A stretch of DNA of 64,000 nt, from positions 153,638,001-153,702,000 of the forward strand of contig NC_086097.1 in the NCBI RefSeq assembly GCF_963921235.1. The letters are read 5' to 3'. Every line of letters starts with the position of its first letter. Within the stretch, counting starts at the first letter, position 1. Of the stretch, positions 38,511 to 51,039 are shown one piece after another. This DNA comes from Mobula hypostoma. Its lineage: Eukaryota. A model generated the notes under the pieces. The model did not search any database. It was given only the letters and a program-made list of their open reading frames with translations, and was not told where the DNA came from. The translations under genes and the position numbers were made by a program.

Positions 38511-39589
38511 TTACCTAACTGGACACAGGTAATGTATTATTAAACATGAGAATTTCATTACCTGCTTGCTGCATGCAAGAAATTTTGTCTCTGTCTCTGT
38601 CTGTCTCTTTCTCTTCAAAAAATATAAGGTTTAGGCAGAAAGTTTGGAAGTTAAGTTACAAACCAATCACAGTTTAACTCAATGCTGGAAACTTTACGGT
38701 TCATTAAATGTTATTGTATTCTCTGAAACTTATACAGTGTTATTTGATGCAATCATACAGAGGAATAAAAAGTATAATATTGAATAAAAATTCAACTAAG
38801 TTAACTACAGATCAAGATTAAACAATTCGTATAGATTTTCAATTTAATGAATGTTCTACAAAGAAGCTTAAGTGATTGGCTTCAACAGAGTGGAACAAAT
38901 ATCTTAAGTTCCTATTAAAAGCACTTTGATTGCATTTTAAATTTTCTTATATATTTATTAATCTACATATTGATGCTGGCCATTTGCAATTGGATTATTG
39001 GTTAAAATCCAGGATGCAAAGATAAAAGCAACTTCTTATTTACTTTACCCTCCTATTCAAGAGGTATGGTGAACATAAACTAAAATTGATTCTCTACACA
39101 TGAACTATTGAAGTATGTTGGTGAGCTGTATCCCTAAATTTCATTTGAGGGCAACAGTTATTAACTTAGACAGCAATATTAACTCAGAGTAAGTCATTAT
39201 GTATTTTTACAGGACAGAAAAAACTTTAAAATTAAAATGCAAACTAAAGATTCCGCACCCTGTAGCTGTCCAGTAATAAAAAGACAAATGTAATCTCCTA
39301 CAAGAACATTGGTATTTTTAATGCAGTGCAACACATTATACTGTATGCAGTCTCTCATGTGAAGCGCAGTATCATATAGGGGAATGATTATCTTTCCATT
39401 TTCAGTATTTCCTCACCTTCTCTTGACCTTCTCCAATAGCTAGAAATACAGGCCAATGTTACAAATGTTTGCACAGATAAAAATAATATGATGTTTACCT
39501 GCTTTAGATCAAATCTTACAATGTCTTTTCAAAGTCAGTATTCAGATATTTTTTGTGGGGTCTAGCCTAAATAAATGGATCCTGAAATC

Positions 39590-39880
39590 TTCTGGCTAAC
39601 ACGAGAGGGCACAGTTTTAAGGTGCTTGGAAGAAGGTACAGAGGAGATGTCAGGGGTAAGTTTTTTACACAGAGAGTGATGAGGGCATGGAATGGGCTGC
39701 CAGTGATGGTATTGGAGGCAGATACTATCGGGTCTTTTAAGAGACTCTTGGATAGGTACATGGAGCTTAGAAAAATAGAGGGCTGTAGGTAACCCTAGGT
39801 AATTTCTAAAGTAAGGACATGTTCGGCACAGCTTTGTGGGCCAAAAGGCCTGTATTGTGCTGTAGGTTTTCTATGTTTAA
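39590..39880 (+). mobile_element. CR1 3' end
   Basis: TRGHSFKV...FFTQRVMRAWNGLP, with tail ttttctatgttt. Confidence 0.88.
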
Positions 39881-40639
39881 AGCAAAAGCTAAGTATTGAG
39901 AAAAATTGTTAAATGCTTTGAAAATTTCTGCTTATCATCTCAGGAAAGGCTAAGTTACCTATTTATCTTTTTATATTTTTGTCACAAATACATAATTATT
40001 ATACTTTGACATTAGGGCTATGCTATTTATGCCAGACATTTATGCAAAGATTGTCTGATTCTAGATGGGGCCTATTTGAATGATTGAGTAGGCTCAAACA
40101 GCTGAATGGCCTTTTCCTGCTCCTAGTTTCCTTTGTTTCTATGTTTTCATGTCTCCATTTTATAAAGCCAGTTTTCTTTATTTTACGTTGGGCTGGATCC
40201 ACTCCCCTCTAGTTGTCTTTAAGTATGTGGTATGTCATTTATACAAACATTTAAATGAAAAGTCTTGAAAAGAAGCAGTTGTAACAGAGTTGGCAACAAT
40301 GCCAAGGGCAACGAAAAGATTTTCATTGTGAACTGAGTTGTTATGATCTGGAATGCAATATCTGAAATGTTGATGACAGCAGATTCAAATTATGCCATAA
40401 GATCTTTTGGAGGAAGTTGGGAAGGCTGACAGGGCCTCAGTTTAATGTCTTGTTCAACACCTAGATTTATCAGCTTAGATAAACACACATCTGCATTAGA
40501 GACAGCATGATGCAACATGCTTAGAAAGCAGCAAAAAAAAGTGTGGAGACTAAATATAATGTGATAAAAATAATATGATCTGTTCTTGCTGAATGTGGAA
40601 GATATAATGTTCCTTTTACTTAAATTAATTAAAATTAGC

Positions 40640-40945
40640 CCCTAGACTGTGAAACAGCATTCCCCTCCCTATCAGATCTGCCACCTCCATCAACTCTTTT
40701 AAATCCAGGCTCAAATCCTACTTTCATTCACTAGTGTTTGAATCCTCCTGATGTGGCTGATTTTTGGCTTGTGCCTAGGCCCTTGTGTTGTTTCTTTTGT
40801 GCCTATAAGCTGTTTGCCTTATTGGTTATGTCTGTGTTTCTCGTATTTGTAATTTTAGCTATTCTGCTCTGATCTGTACAGCAATTTGATCAATGTGGGT
40901 TGTTTTTAAATGTGCTGTATAAATAAATTTGACTTGACTTGACTA
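40640..40945 (+). mobile_element. L2-like LINE 3' end
   Basis: NSIP.PIRSATSINSFKSRLKSY-like remnant, with tail taaataaatttgacttgactttgact. Confidence 0.65.
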
Positions 40946-41064
40946 AAATAGTGCAAAGTACTTCAATATAGCATGTTTACATACAGTGTAATACAGAACA
41001 GAACAGTGCAGCACTGGACAGGCCATCCATCTCATGATGTTGTACTAAGCTCAGTACCAATTCA

Positions 41065-41590
41065 TACTACAAGAAGTATATAAATAAGGTTGAAAGAATA
41101 CAGAGAAAATTTACAAGGATGTTGCCAGGGCTCAATAACCCGAGTTAAAAGGAAAGATTGAATAGGTTAGAACTTCATTCCTTGGAATATTGAAGATTGA
41201 GGGGAGATTTGATGGAGGTATACAAAATTATGAAGGGTATAGACGGGATAAATACAAGCAGGCTTTTTCAACTGAGATTGGATGGGACTACAACTAGAGG
41301 CCATGGATTAAGAATGAAAGGTGAAAAGTTTAAGCGGAACATGAGAGGAAACTTCTTTACTCAGATGGTTATGAGAGGGTGGAATGAGCTGCCTGAGCAA
41401 GTGGTGCATATGAGGTTGATTTCAAAGTTTAAGAGAAGTTTGAGTAGGTACATGGATGGCAGGGTTATGCAGGACTATGATCCCTGTGCAGGTTGATGGG
41501 ATTAGGAAATTGAAATGTTTTAACATGGACTAGAGGGGCTGAAGTGCCTGTTTCTATGCTGTACTTTTCTATGACTCTATGTTTCTAATT
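41065..41590 (+). mobile_element. CR1 3' fragment
   Basis: RGDLMEVYKIMKG...FFTQMVMRGWNELP, with tail ttctatgactctatgtttcta. Confidence 0.9.
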
Positions 41591-41667
41591 GTCCTCATCC
41601 TGTATATCATCCATATCCCTTCATTCCCATCATATTCACAAGTCTATTCAAAAGCCTCTTAAACTGT

Positions 41668-42770
41668 ACCAAGTTCAAGGTCAAGTTTAATCGCCATTCA
41701 ATCAACCATACATGAAAACCCATGAATACAGTCAAACGAAGCAACATTCCTCTGGGACCAAGGTGCAAAACACAATACCAACTGTCACACACAGCACAAG
41801 GCACATCCAGACATGTACGATAGCAAACATATATAAGATATCAGTAAGATACAGTGTCACACAAAAAAGAATAGCCCAAGACCCTGAGTCCATGAATGTT
41901 GCAGAAATCTGCATTCACACACCATATAGCTTGTCTTGGGCCAAGTGAACACGGGGGGGGCGGGGGTAGCACCAATTCCAGCTTGGATACTGCACCACAT
42001 CGCTTCCGGTGGAGCACACAGATCCCAACAGCTCTCTCCTAAACAAAACTGTGGCTTGAGGCCTAATCCTCACTTTGATGAAGGACTCTCAGCTCTCCTG
42101 CCGTCCGCCTCTGCCCTTCACCAATTAATCCATGAATTGAGCTGGCAGTATTCCATATTAACATTACACAGCAGGGTCTTGTGATCACAGGAAGAGCACT
42201 AAGATGATCACTCGCTGTTAGACTGCACACCTCCTTCACACACTGACTCCACGAATGCCTCTATGATGCAAGTTCCAACATGATCTACACCTTGGTCAGA
42301 CGTCACTTGGAGTACTCTGTTCATTTCTGGTCACCTCACTACTGGAAGGATGTGGATACTATAGAGAGAGTGCAAGGAGATTTACAAGGATGTTGCCTGC
42401 ACTGGAGGGTGTACCTTATGAAAATAGTTTGAGTGTACTTGGCCTTTTCTCCTTGGAGTAACGAAGGATGAAAGGTGACCTGATAGAGGTGTATAAGATG
42501 ATGAGGGCATTGATAATGTGGATAGCCAGAGGCTTTTTCCCAGGGCTGAAATCACTAACATGAGGGGGCATAGTTTGAAGGTGCTTGGAAATGGGTATCG
42601 AGGGAATGTCAGGGGTAGGTTTTTCACACAGAGAGTGGTGGGTGCATGGAATGCACTGCTGGTGGCGGTGGTGGAAACAGTTCAATAGGGGCATTTAATT
42701 TCCTTTTAGATAGGTACATGGAGCTTAGAAAAATAGAGAGCATGTAATATGCTGTAAATTTCTATGTTTA
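41668..42770. mobile_element. Antisense retroposon tail (41668 to about 42270) followed by a CR1 3' fragment (+, about 42280-42770)
   Basis: Antisense tail caagttcaaggtcaagtttaat, then LVRRHLEYSVHFWSP and KGDLIEVYKMMRG. Confidence 0.75.
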
Positions 42771-43879
42771 ACTCCAGTTCCTTCAGTTTCTCCACCAATG
42801 AGCTGATCCACTGATGGGTAGACCTGCAGTACTTTAAGTTCTTAATGGCCTGCAGGCTCTTGCGATAGTAAAAAGTATACTTAAAAAGGACAATAACACC
42901 CTGGTTGACCCCATAGAAGCCATGGTGATTGAATGTGCCATCTTCTTACCAAACTCGCAGCTTGCAGTACATTCTAAGCGTGTACCACTCTTTGCATAAA
43001 AAAAAATCTTGGCCTTCACATTGCCTTGAAACTATTCCCCCCCCCCACCCCCACTCACCTTTAATCTTCACCTCCCCTCCCCAACCTTAAAAGTATTTGA
43101 CAGTTCTTCACTGGGAAAAGATTCTGACTGTCTACCCTATCCATGTCTCTCTTATTTTTCTGAAAAAATCACCATCAGATCTCCCCTCAGCCTCCAGTGT
43201 GCTAGGATGGACACCAAGTGCATGCTAACTTTCATTATCGCTCCTACCCTCTAACCCAGGCAGTGTCCTGGTAAGCCTCTTTTCTACCCTAAAGCTTTAT
43301 ACATCTGCAACATGACTTCCTTACTCTTACACACAATATCCCTATCTATGAAGGCAAGAATGGCAAACATGAAGCATGCCTATATATTTTACTTTACTCT
43401 TCTGATATTTCCTTAAACAGAAGGGCTTTGCATGTTTTTCTACACAAGTATGACTTTGATTTTTATTCTTTTCCTCACCATTTGAATAGTTCACTTCATG
43501 TGTGACTGGAAAAGCTGCCCATCTCCCCTTATTTTATTCTAACTTCCTATGTACTGAGTGATGTTAGAAATAGTCGAAGTGTGTTGGGGCAGTGGGTACA
43601 AATGACAATCATGCTGTTCATGCACTTTAAAAAGAATGAGTGTTAAATATGCAGCACAGTGCTTGCTATGTCTAGATTTGCTGCCATGTAGATCGCCAAC
43701 ATGACTTGGTTGAGTCAGACACCAGTGAAGGCATGGTAAAATCTGTACGATTGGTGATAAGATTCAATTTATTGCCTATCCCTAATCTCCAGCGAAAAGG
43801 CAGCAGTAAATCATCTTCCTGAACCACTGCAATCAATATGAAGGAGAGCGAAGGAGTTCCTCTTGCTATATTTAGGACT

Positions 43880-44100
43880 CAACCATCACGTCATCCAACA
43901 TAGTTTGTTAATACTTAGGCAACAACATTAAAAATAGATTAATTGCTTATTATCACAGAGATGTGCATGAGAACTGCTTGTGTGAAAGTAGCTTCCAAAT
44001 TTTGTATTATTAGCTGTTCAAAGGTCCTCAATGGCTGTGAGGTACTTTTGGGACAGTCTGAGTTCATGTGAAGTACAACTTGAATAAAAGAACTACTTTT
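43880..44100 (+). mobile_element. Deu-domain SINE remnant
   Basis: aacattaaaaatagattaattgcttattatcaca...atggctgtgaggtacttttgggacagtctgag resembles the DeuSINE central/3' region and 61930-62150. Confidence 0.55.
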
Positions 44101-44139
44101 GTTTTATTTCAGAGAACATTTTTATTTCACTTGCTTTAG

Positions 44140-44890
44140 GGAAGTCCCAATTACATTACATTTGCTTACATTTATATAAACTTTCATTCCAAGCCCTGCA
44201 ATTGATATAATCCCACAGTGCAGCCAGTGAAACACCAATGAAGCACTGTTAGGCTGAGAGAAATAGTGGCAAAGTCATGCACAGTAAGATTCCACTTGTA
44301 AGATGCTGTGTTGAGATAAATGAAAATGGATTATTTTTAGTAGGGTGTTGACTGAAGACTAGATCATGGTCAAAGTCAGTAATTGACTAGAACAAAGGAG
44401 GATATTCAGTCCTCATATCTTGGCTAAATTCAACAATGTAATCCCAATTGGCTCAATTCCGCCATCCCTAAATGAGTAATTTACAGTGGTCAATTAACCT
44501 ATTAATCATCTTTGGGATGAAAGTAGAACAGAAGGAACCCACACAGTCATATGATGAAATGCAAATTCTGCCAAAGTTTTGATCAAACCTGAGCTCCTGG
44601 CACTGTCAGACACAAGGACTAACTAATGCAGCATAGAGCCACCTAGTCTCATGGTGAGAGATTCCTGCATTTGAAATATTATCAAGAGGTCTTCCATAAC
44701 AAATAGCCAAATATGGCTCTTAGTTGCTGTTTCATCAGTAAATTAACCTTCTCTATAGCACAGCTCTCCCTGTGTGCTGCAGTGGTGTCAACTGAGTTTA
44801 TGCACTCAATTCCCTGGATTGGGATTTAGATCCCTGGCTTTCCTCTGCAGGATACAAATGCTACTGCTGAACTAAGACTGACACCTAAGG
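44140..44890 (-). mobile_element. Deu-domain SINE with a nested HE1-like SINE (about 44440-44650)
   Basis: Antisense Deu core gcacagtaagattccac. The minus strand starts ggtgtcagtcttagttcagcagtagc. HE1 antisense ggtcaattaacctattaatcatctttggga. Confidence 0.55.
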
Positions 44891-45739
44891 GTTGAAAGAA
44901 AGAATCTAGCTGACTGAAATGAGAAGTGCTTGATTGAAAGCAAGATTGTTATTTCATTTTATGAACAAATATGTAGATTTTATTTTAGCCATTAAAATAT
45001 ACTTCATTATCCTGACTGACATTTTTAATCAGTTAAGTAGAGCCAAAGGCAATTGAGGTGGCAAATTTGAAGTGAATGAGTTCAGTGTGCTGTATAATGT
45101 GCCTTGAATTGCTTGAATAGAATAACAATATCAAGAAAGGGAAGGACTATTTTTTGCTCAGAGTTGGGCTGGCTGTTTTTAATTCTAATTATTAGTTGGA
45201 GTGGACTGCAGTAGTAAATACTTTCCTGAAGTACCTCTATGCATAGATATTTAAAATTTTGCATTTTAGGGGGGTATTTCAGTTATATATCCAAGATCAG
45301 CAGTGTGTCCTCTTACAGGAATGTGTTCATTTAGTTATTGTAGAATTTCAGGAAATGCTTTGTAGCACTGCAAGACAAAGATGGTGTCAATAGTGTTAAC
45401 AAGTTGCCAAATTTGGCAACCAAATGCAGGTGCTGTACATAAAAAAACAAAAAGGGGAAGTGCAGAATCTGGATGACCAAGTTATAATTGACCTGAGATC
45501 AACTCTACATAGGCAGAGCTATGAATGGTAAAATGTTACCCCTGAATACTTGGATTTCCATAAATGAACAAAGTGCAATCAGAAGAAAATGACAGAAGGA
45601 ATAACATCACAGGATAGCAGGCAGTTGATTGATCTTGGGCATCACAGTTTACCTACCCTGTTAAACAAGGACAAAGGCTGTGAAAACAAAACTATTAGTT
45701 CATTAAATAAATAGCCTAAACAATTGAGCAACAATTGAC

Positions 45740-46465
45740 CAACTTCTAACCTGATGGCAGGTGTGTCCGTCCATGGCCTCCTCTACTGCTGCGAGGAGAA
45801 CACACTCAGGTTGGAGGAGCAACGCTTTATATTCCAATCACAAACAAGAGAAAATCTTCAAAAGCTGGAAATCGGAGCAACACACACAAGTTGCTGGAGG
45901 AACTCAGCAGGCCAGGCAGCATCTGTGGAAAAGAGTACAGTCAATGTTTCAAGCTGAAACCCTTCGGCAGGACTTATATTCCATCTGGATATCCTCCAAG
46001 CCTGATGGCATGAACTTTGATTTTTCGAACTTTTGGTAATTGCCTCCTCATTTCCTTCACCATCCTCCGTTCCCCTTTCCCTCTCTCATCTTATCTCCTT
46101 ACCAGCTCATCATCTCCCTCTGGTGCTCCTCCTCCTTCCCTTTCTTCCATGGTCTTCTGTCCTCTACTATCAGACTCCCCAATCCCTTTATCTCTTTCTC
46201 CAATCAACTCTCCAGCTCTTTACTTCACCCCCTCCCCCTCTCCCAGTTTCACCTATCACCTGCCACCTTGCCTTTCTTCCTCCCTTCCCCCCACCTTCTT
46301 ACTCTGACTTCTCCTCATTCTTCCCAGTCCTGAAGAAGGGTCTCAGCCCAAATCATCGACTGTTTGCTCTTTTCCACAGATGCTGCCTGCCCTGCTGAGT
46401 TCCTCCAGCAACTTGTGTGTGTTGCTTTGGATCTCCAGCATCTGCAGATTTTCTTGTGTTTGTGC
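45740..46465 (+). mobile_element. Penelope 3' fragment with a nested antisense PLE tail (45837-45973)
   Basis: SVHGLLYC...LEEQRFIF | SSKPDGMNFDFSNF homologous to 33110-33240. The insert is flanked by ttatattcca at 45827-45836 and 45974-45983. Confidence 0.88.
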
Positions 46466-49269
46466 ACCTAGGTATTTTGAAATTAATAAATAAATCAATT
46501 ATTTGAATTAAGTTACTTGAATAGTTGTAAGCATGCCAGACTATCAGAGACATCTAAAAATATTTGTCATACTCTCAATGCTGTCAGCATATTCCAAGCG
46601 TATGGTCTCAGAATGCATTGTCTTTGACAACCCCCCCCCCCCCCGCCCATCCAGATCTCTGTAAGGTGTTGAAGGTGTGCTCATCCAGTCCTCCACATTA
46701 AACAATTCATGACGTACAGCATCAGATAATTAGAGGCGCACCCAGAGATTTAAAGCGAAATATGTATGTGCTGATGAGGGGGTATTTTGGAAAGAGCAAA
46801 TTCCAGAAGACTTTTGTACAATTTTGATAATAAGGAACAGTGTTTTACAGGAAGTGAAAAGCATTTAATATTAAGAATATATTTGTGTTCAAGGTCAAAT
46901 CAGAAAATAAATTATAGGCATTTTATTTCTACACACTTAGCATTCATAAAGAGATAAAAGAATGAATGATACAAAAAAGATAAGATATTACAAAGTCAGA
47001 AGGCATGGTTACTAAGTTTTGGAACTATTGTGATATTGAGAAGGTTCAAACCAAATAGGAAATTTTAAGAAATGTGATAGTTGTGTAGGAGGCAGCAAAG
47101 CACAGCTCTGATAATGAAAGATAGCATAAGGGCTACAATGAGTACTGACCCCCACTCTGTTGTTATTGTGTGTGGATCTAAGGATAAATAGAGGAAAAAA
47201 GTAGAGGTGGAACCAGTTTATACTTCCCAATAATAGACTTAAGAAGGAATTGTCTATCAATAACTATACAGAGTATTAATGTTAAAATAAATTGGTCACA
47301 ACAAAGATATTGCAAACAATCTTAACGGTCTTCTATACCTTTGTACAGTTTAGTTAAATGAAATTGGTGAAACAGTAAAGAAACTGAATTCACAGAGTTC
47401 ATAAAAGATGTTTTCTGTACATTGTATACACTGGAATCAATCAGGAAAAAGGGTAATTTTGCCCTTGTTTTCGGCAATGAGGTAGGGTTAATTAGAAATC
47501 TCATGGTTCAAGATCCCTCAGGAAAAAATATTAATAAATATAACATAACTTTACATTAAATTTGAGAATAACATGCTTAAAATGGAAATTAGAACCTTGA
47601 ATTTAAATAAAACTAATTATGTAAGTGTGGAACACATTGGTCAAGTTAAAGAAGTATTGGAAAATTAAACTCAAAAGATTGCCACTGGGTAAATAATGGT
47701 CAACATTTAAAACAAAAAAAAACTCAATGAATATCCATTCCATTAATAATTTAACTTCATGGAGAAAGTGATTCATTTGAAGAGATTTAGGTTAATATTA
47801 AATGGTGATAGTTTCAAGGAGCTCATTAAGCCCAAGGAGTTGAAGTACTAAGAAACTGAACAAGAATCAGTTGGAAAACGATATAGAGAAAAATGCCATC
47901 TATTAGAAAACATACAATATAAATACTATCTGTTTGAGTTATTAAAAGTGTGTAAAAGAATAAGAATAGTGAAAATACATACAGGTCCTTGGAAGACAAA
48001 CTTGGATGGATGAATGAATAAAACCAGTTAAAGAGTGAGAGAAAACCTGTAAATATAGTAATTATGGATTATGTTAGAGCGATTTAATTAACTTAACCAA
48101 CTTTGGACACTAGCCTTCAGATTCAAATATGCATTGAAGAATAAATTTAAAAATACAGACCAGACAGACCAGGAAACAGGCACTTAACTGATTGTCAATA
48201 TTTGTATAAATCCGATCAACACCCCATTGCACGGATACACCAATACTTAACACTCATTTTGGGGGTGGTGGTGGGAAGATCCAGGCATTTGAAATTGTCA
48301 TAGGTAGCTCAGAGAAGACATTATAAATATGGATTTGTTTGAATTGTCCTGAATTTTCTTTGATCTTTAGCACAAAAAATGTTGTGTATTGTTGAGTACA
48401 GGCAGAACTCCGCCAACCCCCATCAGTCCCAAAAAGGTCTCCATATGATGGCTGTTGTATCTTATTTTGTCGAACAAAGAGGCTGCTTCGTGTTTACCAG
48501 TACTTCTCTCCGGTGACTTCATTCACACTACAACAGCCTTCTAGCCCATTTCAGAGGGAAGTTAAGAGTTAACCACATTTTTAGGTCTGGAGCCAGTGCA
48601 GATAAATGAAATGGATGACTGAACAAACCCAGATCAATAGACTTTTGATACAAGCTCAGCAAGTTAATCACTAAGCTGGCACACCACTATTTGTTCCAAA
48701 TATCAGTCCAGCAACTTAACCCCTACACTTGTGTGCCTCTGGTACCACTGACAGCTGGGATGGCAGCTTTATACAGTGCTTTCAGTCCTGGCACAACTTA
48801 GTAATTACACAGGCTTGACCTTTGCCAACAACTGTGCAGCAGGAATGACAACAGGGCAAGGAAGTAGAGAATGAGGAGGATAATGAACAACAAATAAGGA
48901 GATGGAGAAAAGGAGGATATGGAAGAGCTGAAGGGAGAGATATTTGGACTTTTTTTTTCAGTGGACTGTCAGAGAGAGAATAACAACATTATGCTTCAAT
49001 GGGACCAAAACCAGAATTCAATTGTTACTTCTCAGAAAATTATGCAGTTCATACTGCATCTACAAGTGGTAAATACAGTAAATGAACTGATTGTGTCAAG
49101 TAGCATTTGTACTCAACCTATGAGGTATCTCTCACTTGATATTCAGTGGCATTTTCATCGTCAAATCATTCACAAACTACAGTCAGGAGCTTGCCATTGA
49201 TTGGAAGCAGCTAGATAATTAATATGGCTGTAAAAACAGTCTGAAGCCTGCATGTTGGACGATGAGGGT

Positions 49270-49780
49270 CTCATACTTTTGATTTCCCAGTGCATTTCCA
49301 CAATGAACAAATACAGAACTACTTCAGGGATACATATTCTCCATCATAAATCTCCTTTTCTAATTTTTTTGGTGTTTCATCACCTTTTACTTTAACAACC
49401 TACAGTCTGGCCCATAGTTTCCATGCTTGTGATATTTTGCATTTTCAGTTGAGCAGTTTTCCCTGCAGTGTGATGGGTTCCACATCTGTTACACATGCCA
49501 GGCATATTACAGTCCTTGTTGAGATACTTGTCTGTTGGTTTAATTGCAAGGATGGATGCTGCAGTCTGCATTGCTCTCAATGGATCATTTGCTTGGTGCA
49601 ACCACATCTGCTACTTCAATTTAACCATTTCATGAATCACTTTTTTCTCAGTCATGAAATGCCTACTGAGATTTCCAGAAGTATGCAATGCAATGCTTTC
49701 TGGTTTCATCACCAGCAGTTTAAATGATGCTGGAGCCATCTTTTCAATGTCAGCTCTGTAGTAAATCACTGAGCTTACTT
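49270..49780 (-). mobile_element. Possible Gypsy-like gag remnant
   Basis: CNRCGTHH zinc-knuckle-like peptide with a frameshifted CPAENAK..K continuation. Heavily decayed. Confidence 0.35.
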
Positions 49781-50345
49781 GTATAGTTGCTACACTCTGC
49801 TAGTCCTGCCTCAAAACAGCAACAAATTCAAACCTATCTCTTCTGTTTAGCTAGTCCAGTTTGATTTGTCTTTTAGACTATCAACTTTTTGTCTTGTTTA
49901 ATTAAATGTTGGCATTTAAAAGTGATGTTTTGAAATATTCTAGCAGTACTTTAACTACAGATTGATGCTTTACAGACTTGCAGTCATTTGTTAGCCATTT
50001 CTTTTCTTGCTTTGTAAAAGAAGTTTTGGAGCTTTAATTCTTGGTGTGGAAGAGCTGGGCTCTATTGTGAGATGGATAAATGGCTATTAGGTTATGGTAA
50101 TCTATTACAACTAATAGTTACTGTATTTGTCAAAAAGAAGACAGAAGATGAATAGTTCACAGATAAATGAGTTCAGATGTGGGTATTTTGTAGGTGTATT
50201 GTAACTTTGACACCGACAGCTTCACTATGACAGCAAAATGATAGGAAGACCACCTATACTATTATACTCCAGACTATAATTTCTCAGAAATAGTTTCTCA
50301 AAGATATTATTGCACTAATGACAGGAAATTAAATTGCTTCAATAG

Positions 50346-50395
50346 CTGCACGTCAAAGTGCAGTTGCTCGATCCTACACTGTTAAGAGATTAGTG
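50346..50395 (+). CDS. Candidate 50-nt internal exon of an unidentified host gene
   Basis: Branch-like ctaat about 30 nt upstream, acceptor ttgcttcaatag, strong donor GTG|gtgagt, and one open frame (xARQSAVARSYTVKRLV) in non-repeat DNA. Confidence 0.4.
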
Positions 50396-51039
50396 GTGAG
50401 TGTGTTTTACTTTGATTTCCATAAAAAGCAAGTTAGTATAATGAGTACAAGAGTAACTGAAGCCATTGACTATCAGAGATTATCATAATGGTGCATAGGT
50501 AAATGATCCATGTGAAGAAGACATGATAACAAAAACCCTCTTAAGGAGGAATCAGTGGATTTTGATAAAGAATTGCACTCTAACATTTTTTCTACTGATT
50601 GATCTTGGTGAAATAACAACATAATTTACATTTTTAACATATATTATTTTTTTGATTGCCTCTTTTTGAAAAATGCTTCTTGTCACTGCTTGTTCAGTGT
50701 TTCTTCTTTAGTTCCTAAGTATAAATCAACAAAGATTGATGTGATGAGTCTACAGAAAATAGCAACTGAAAAGAATTTGAATGGTCTCAATCCAGCACAT
50801 AATGTTAATTGGATTTGAGAATATTGCTACTCCAACTCACCACAAACTGACTAAATTGGCAACGTCTATTATGATGACAAAAGATTACTGTTGTAGGAAA
50901 TGGAAAATGTCGTACTCATATAGGAATGCATGCTCTCCAGAGCTTGATCCTGTACTGCAGAGGCTGTGCAGACAAATGTTGTTAAGTGCTCAGACAAATT
51001 CAGGAATCAAAAGGTTGGGCATGGTGCAAATAATGTCCT

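Noticed and set aside
46700..48100. A-rich 1.4-kb stretch, possibly a very old LINE ORF2
   Set aside because: No motif is clear enough to assign a family.
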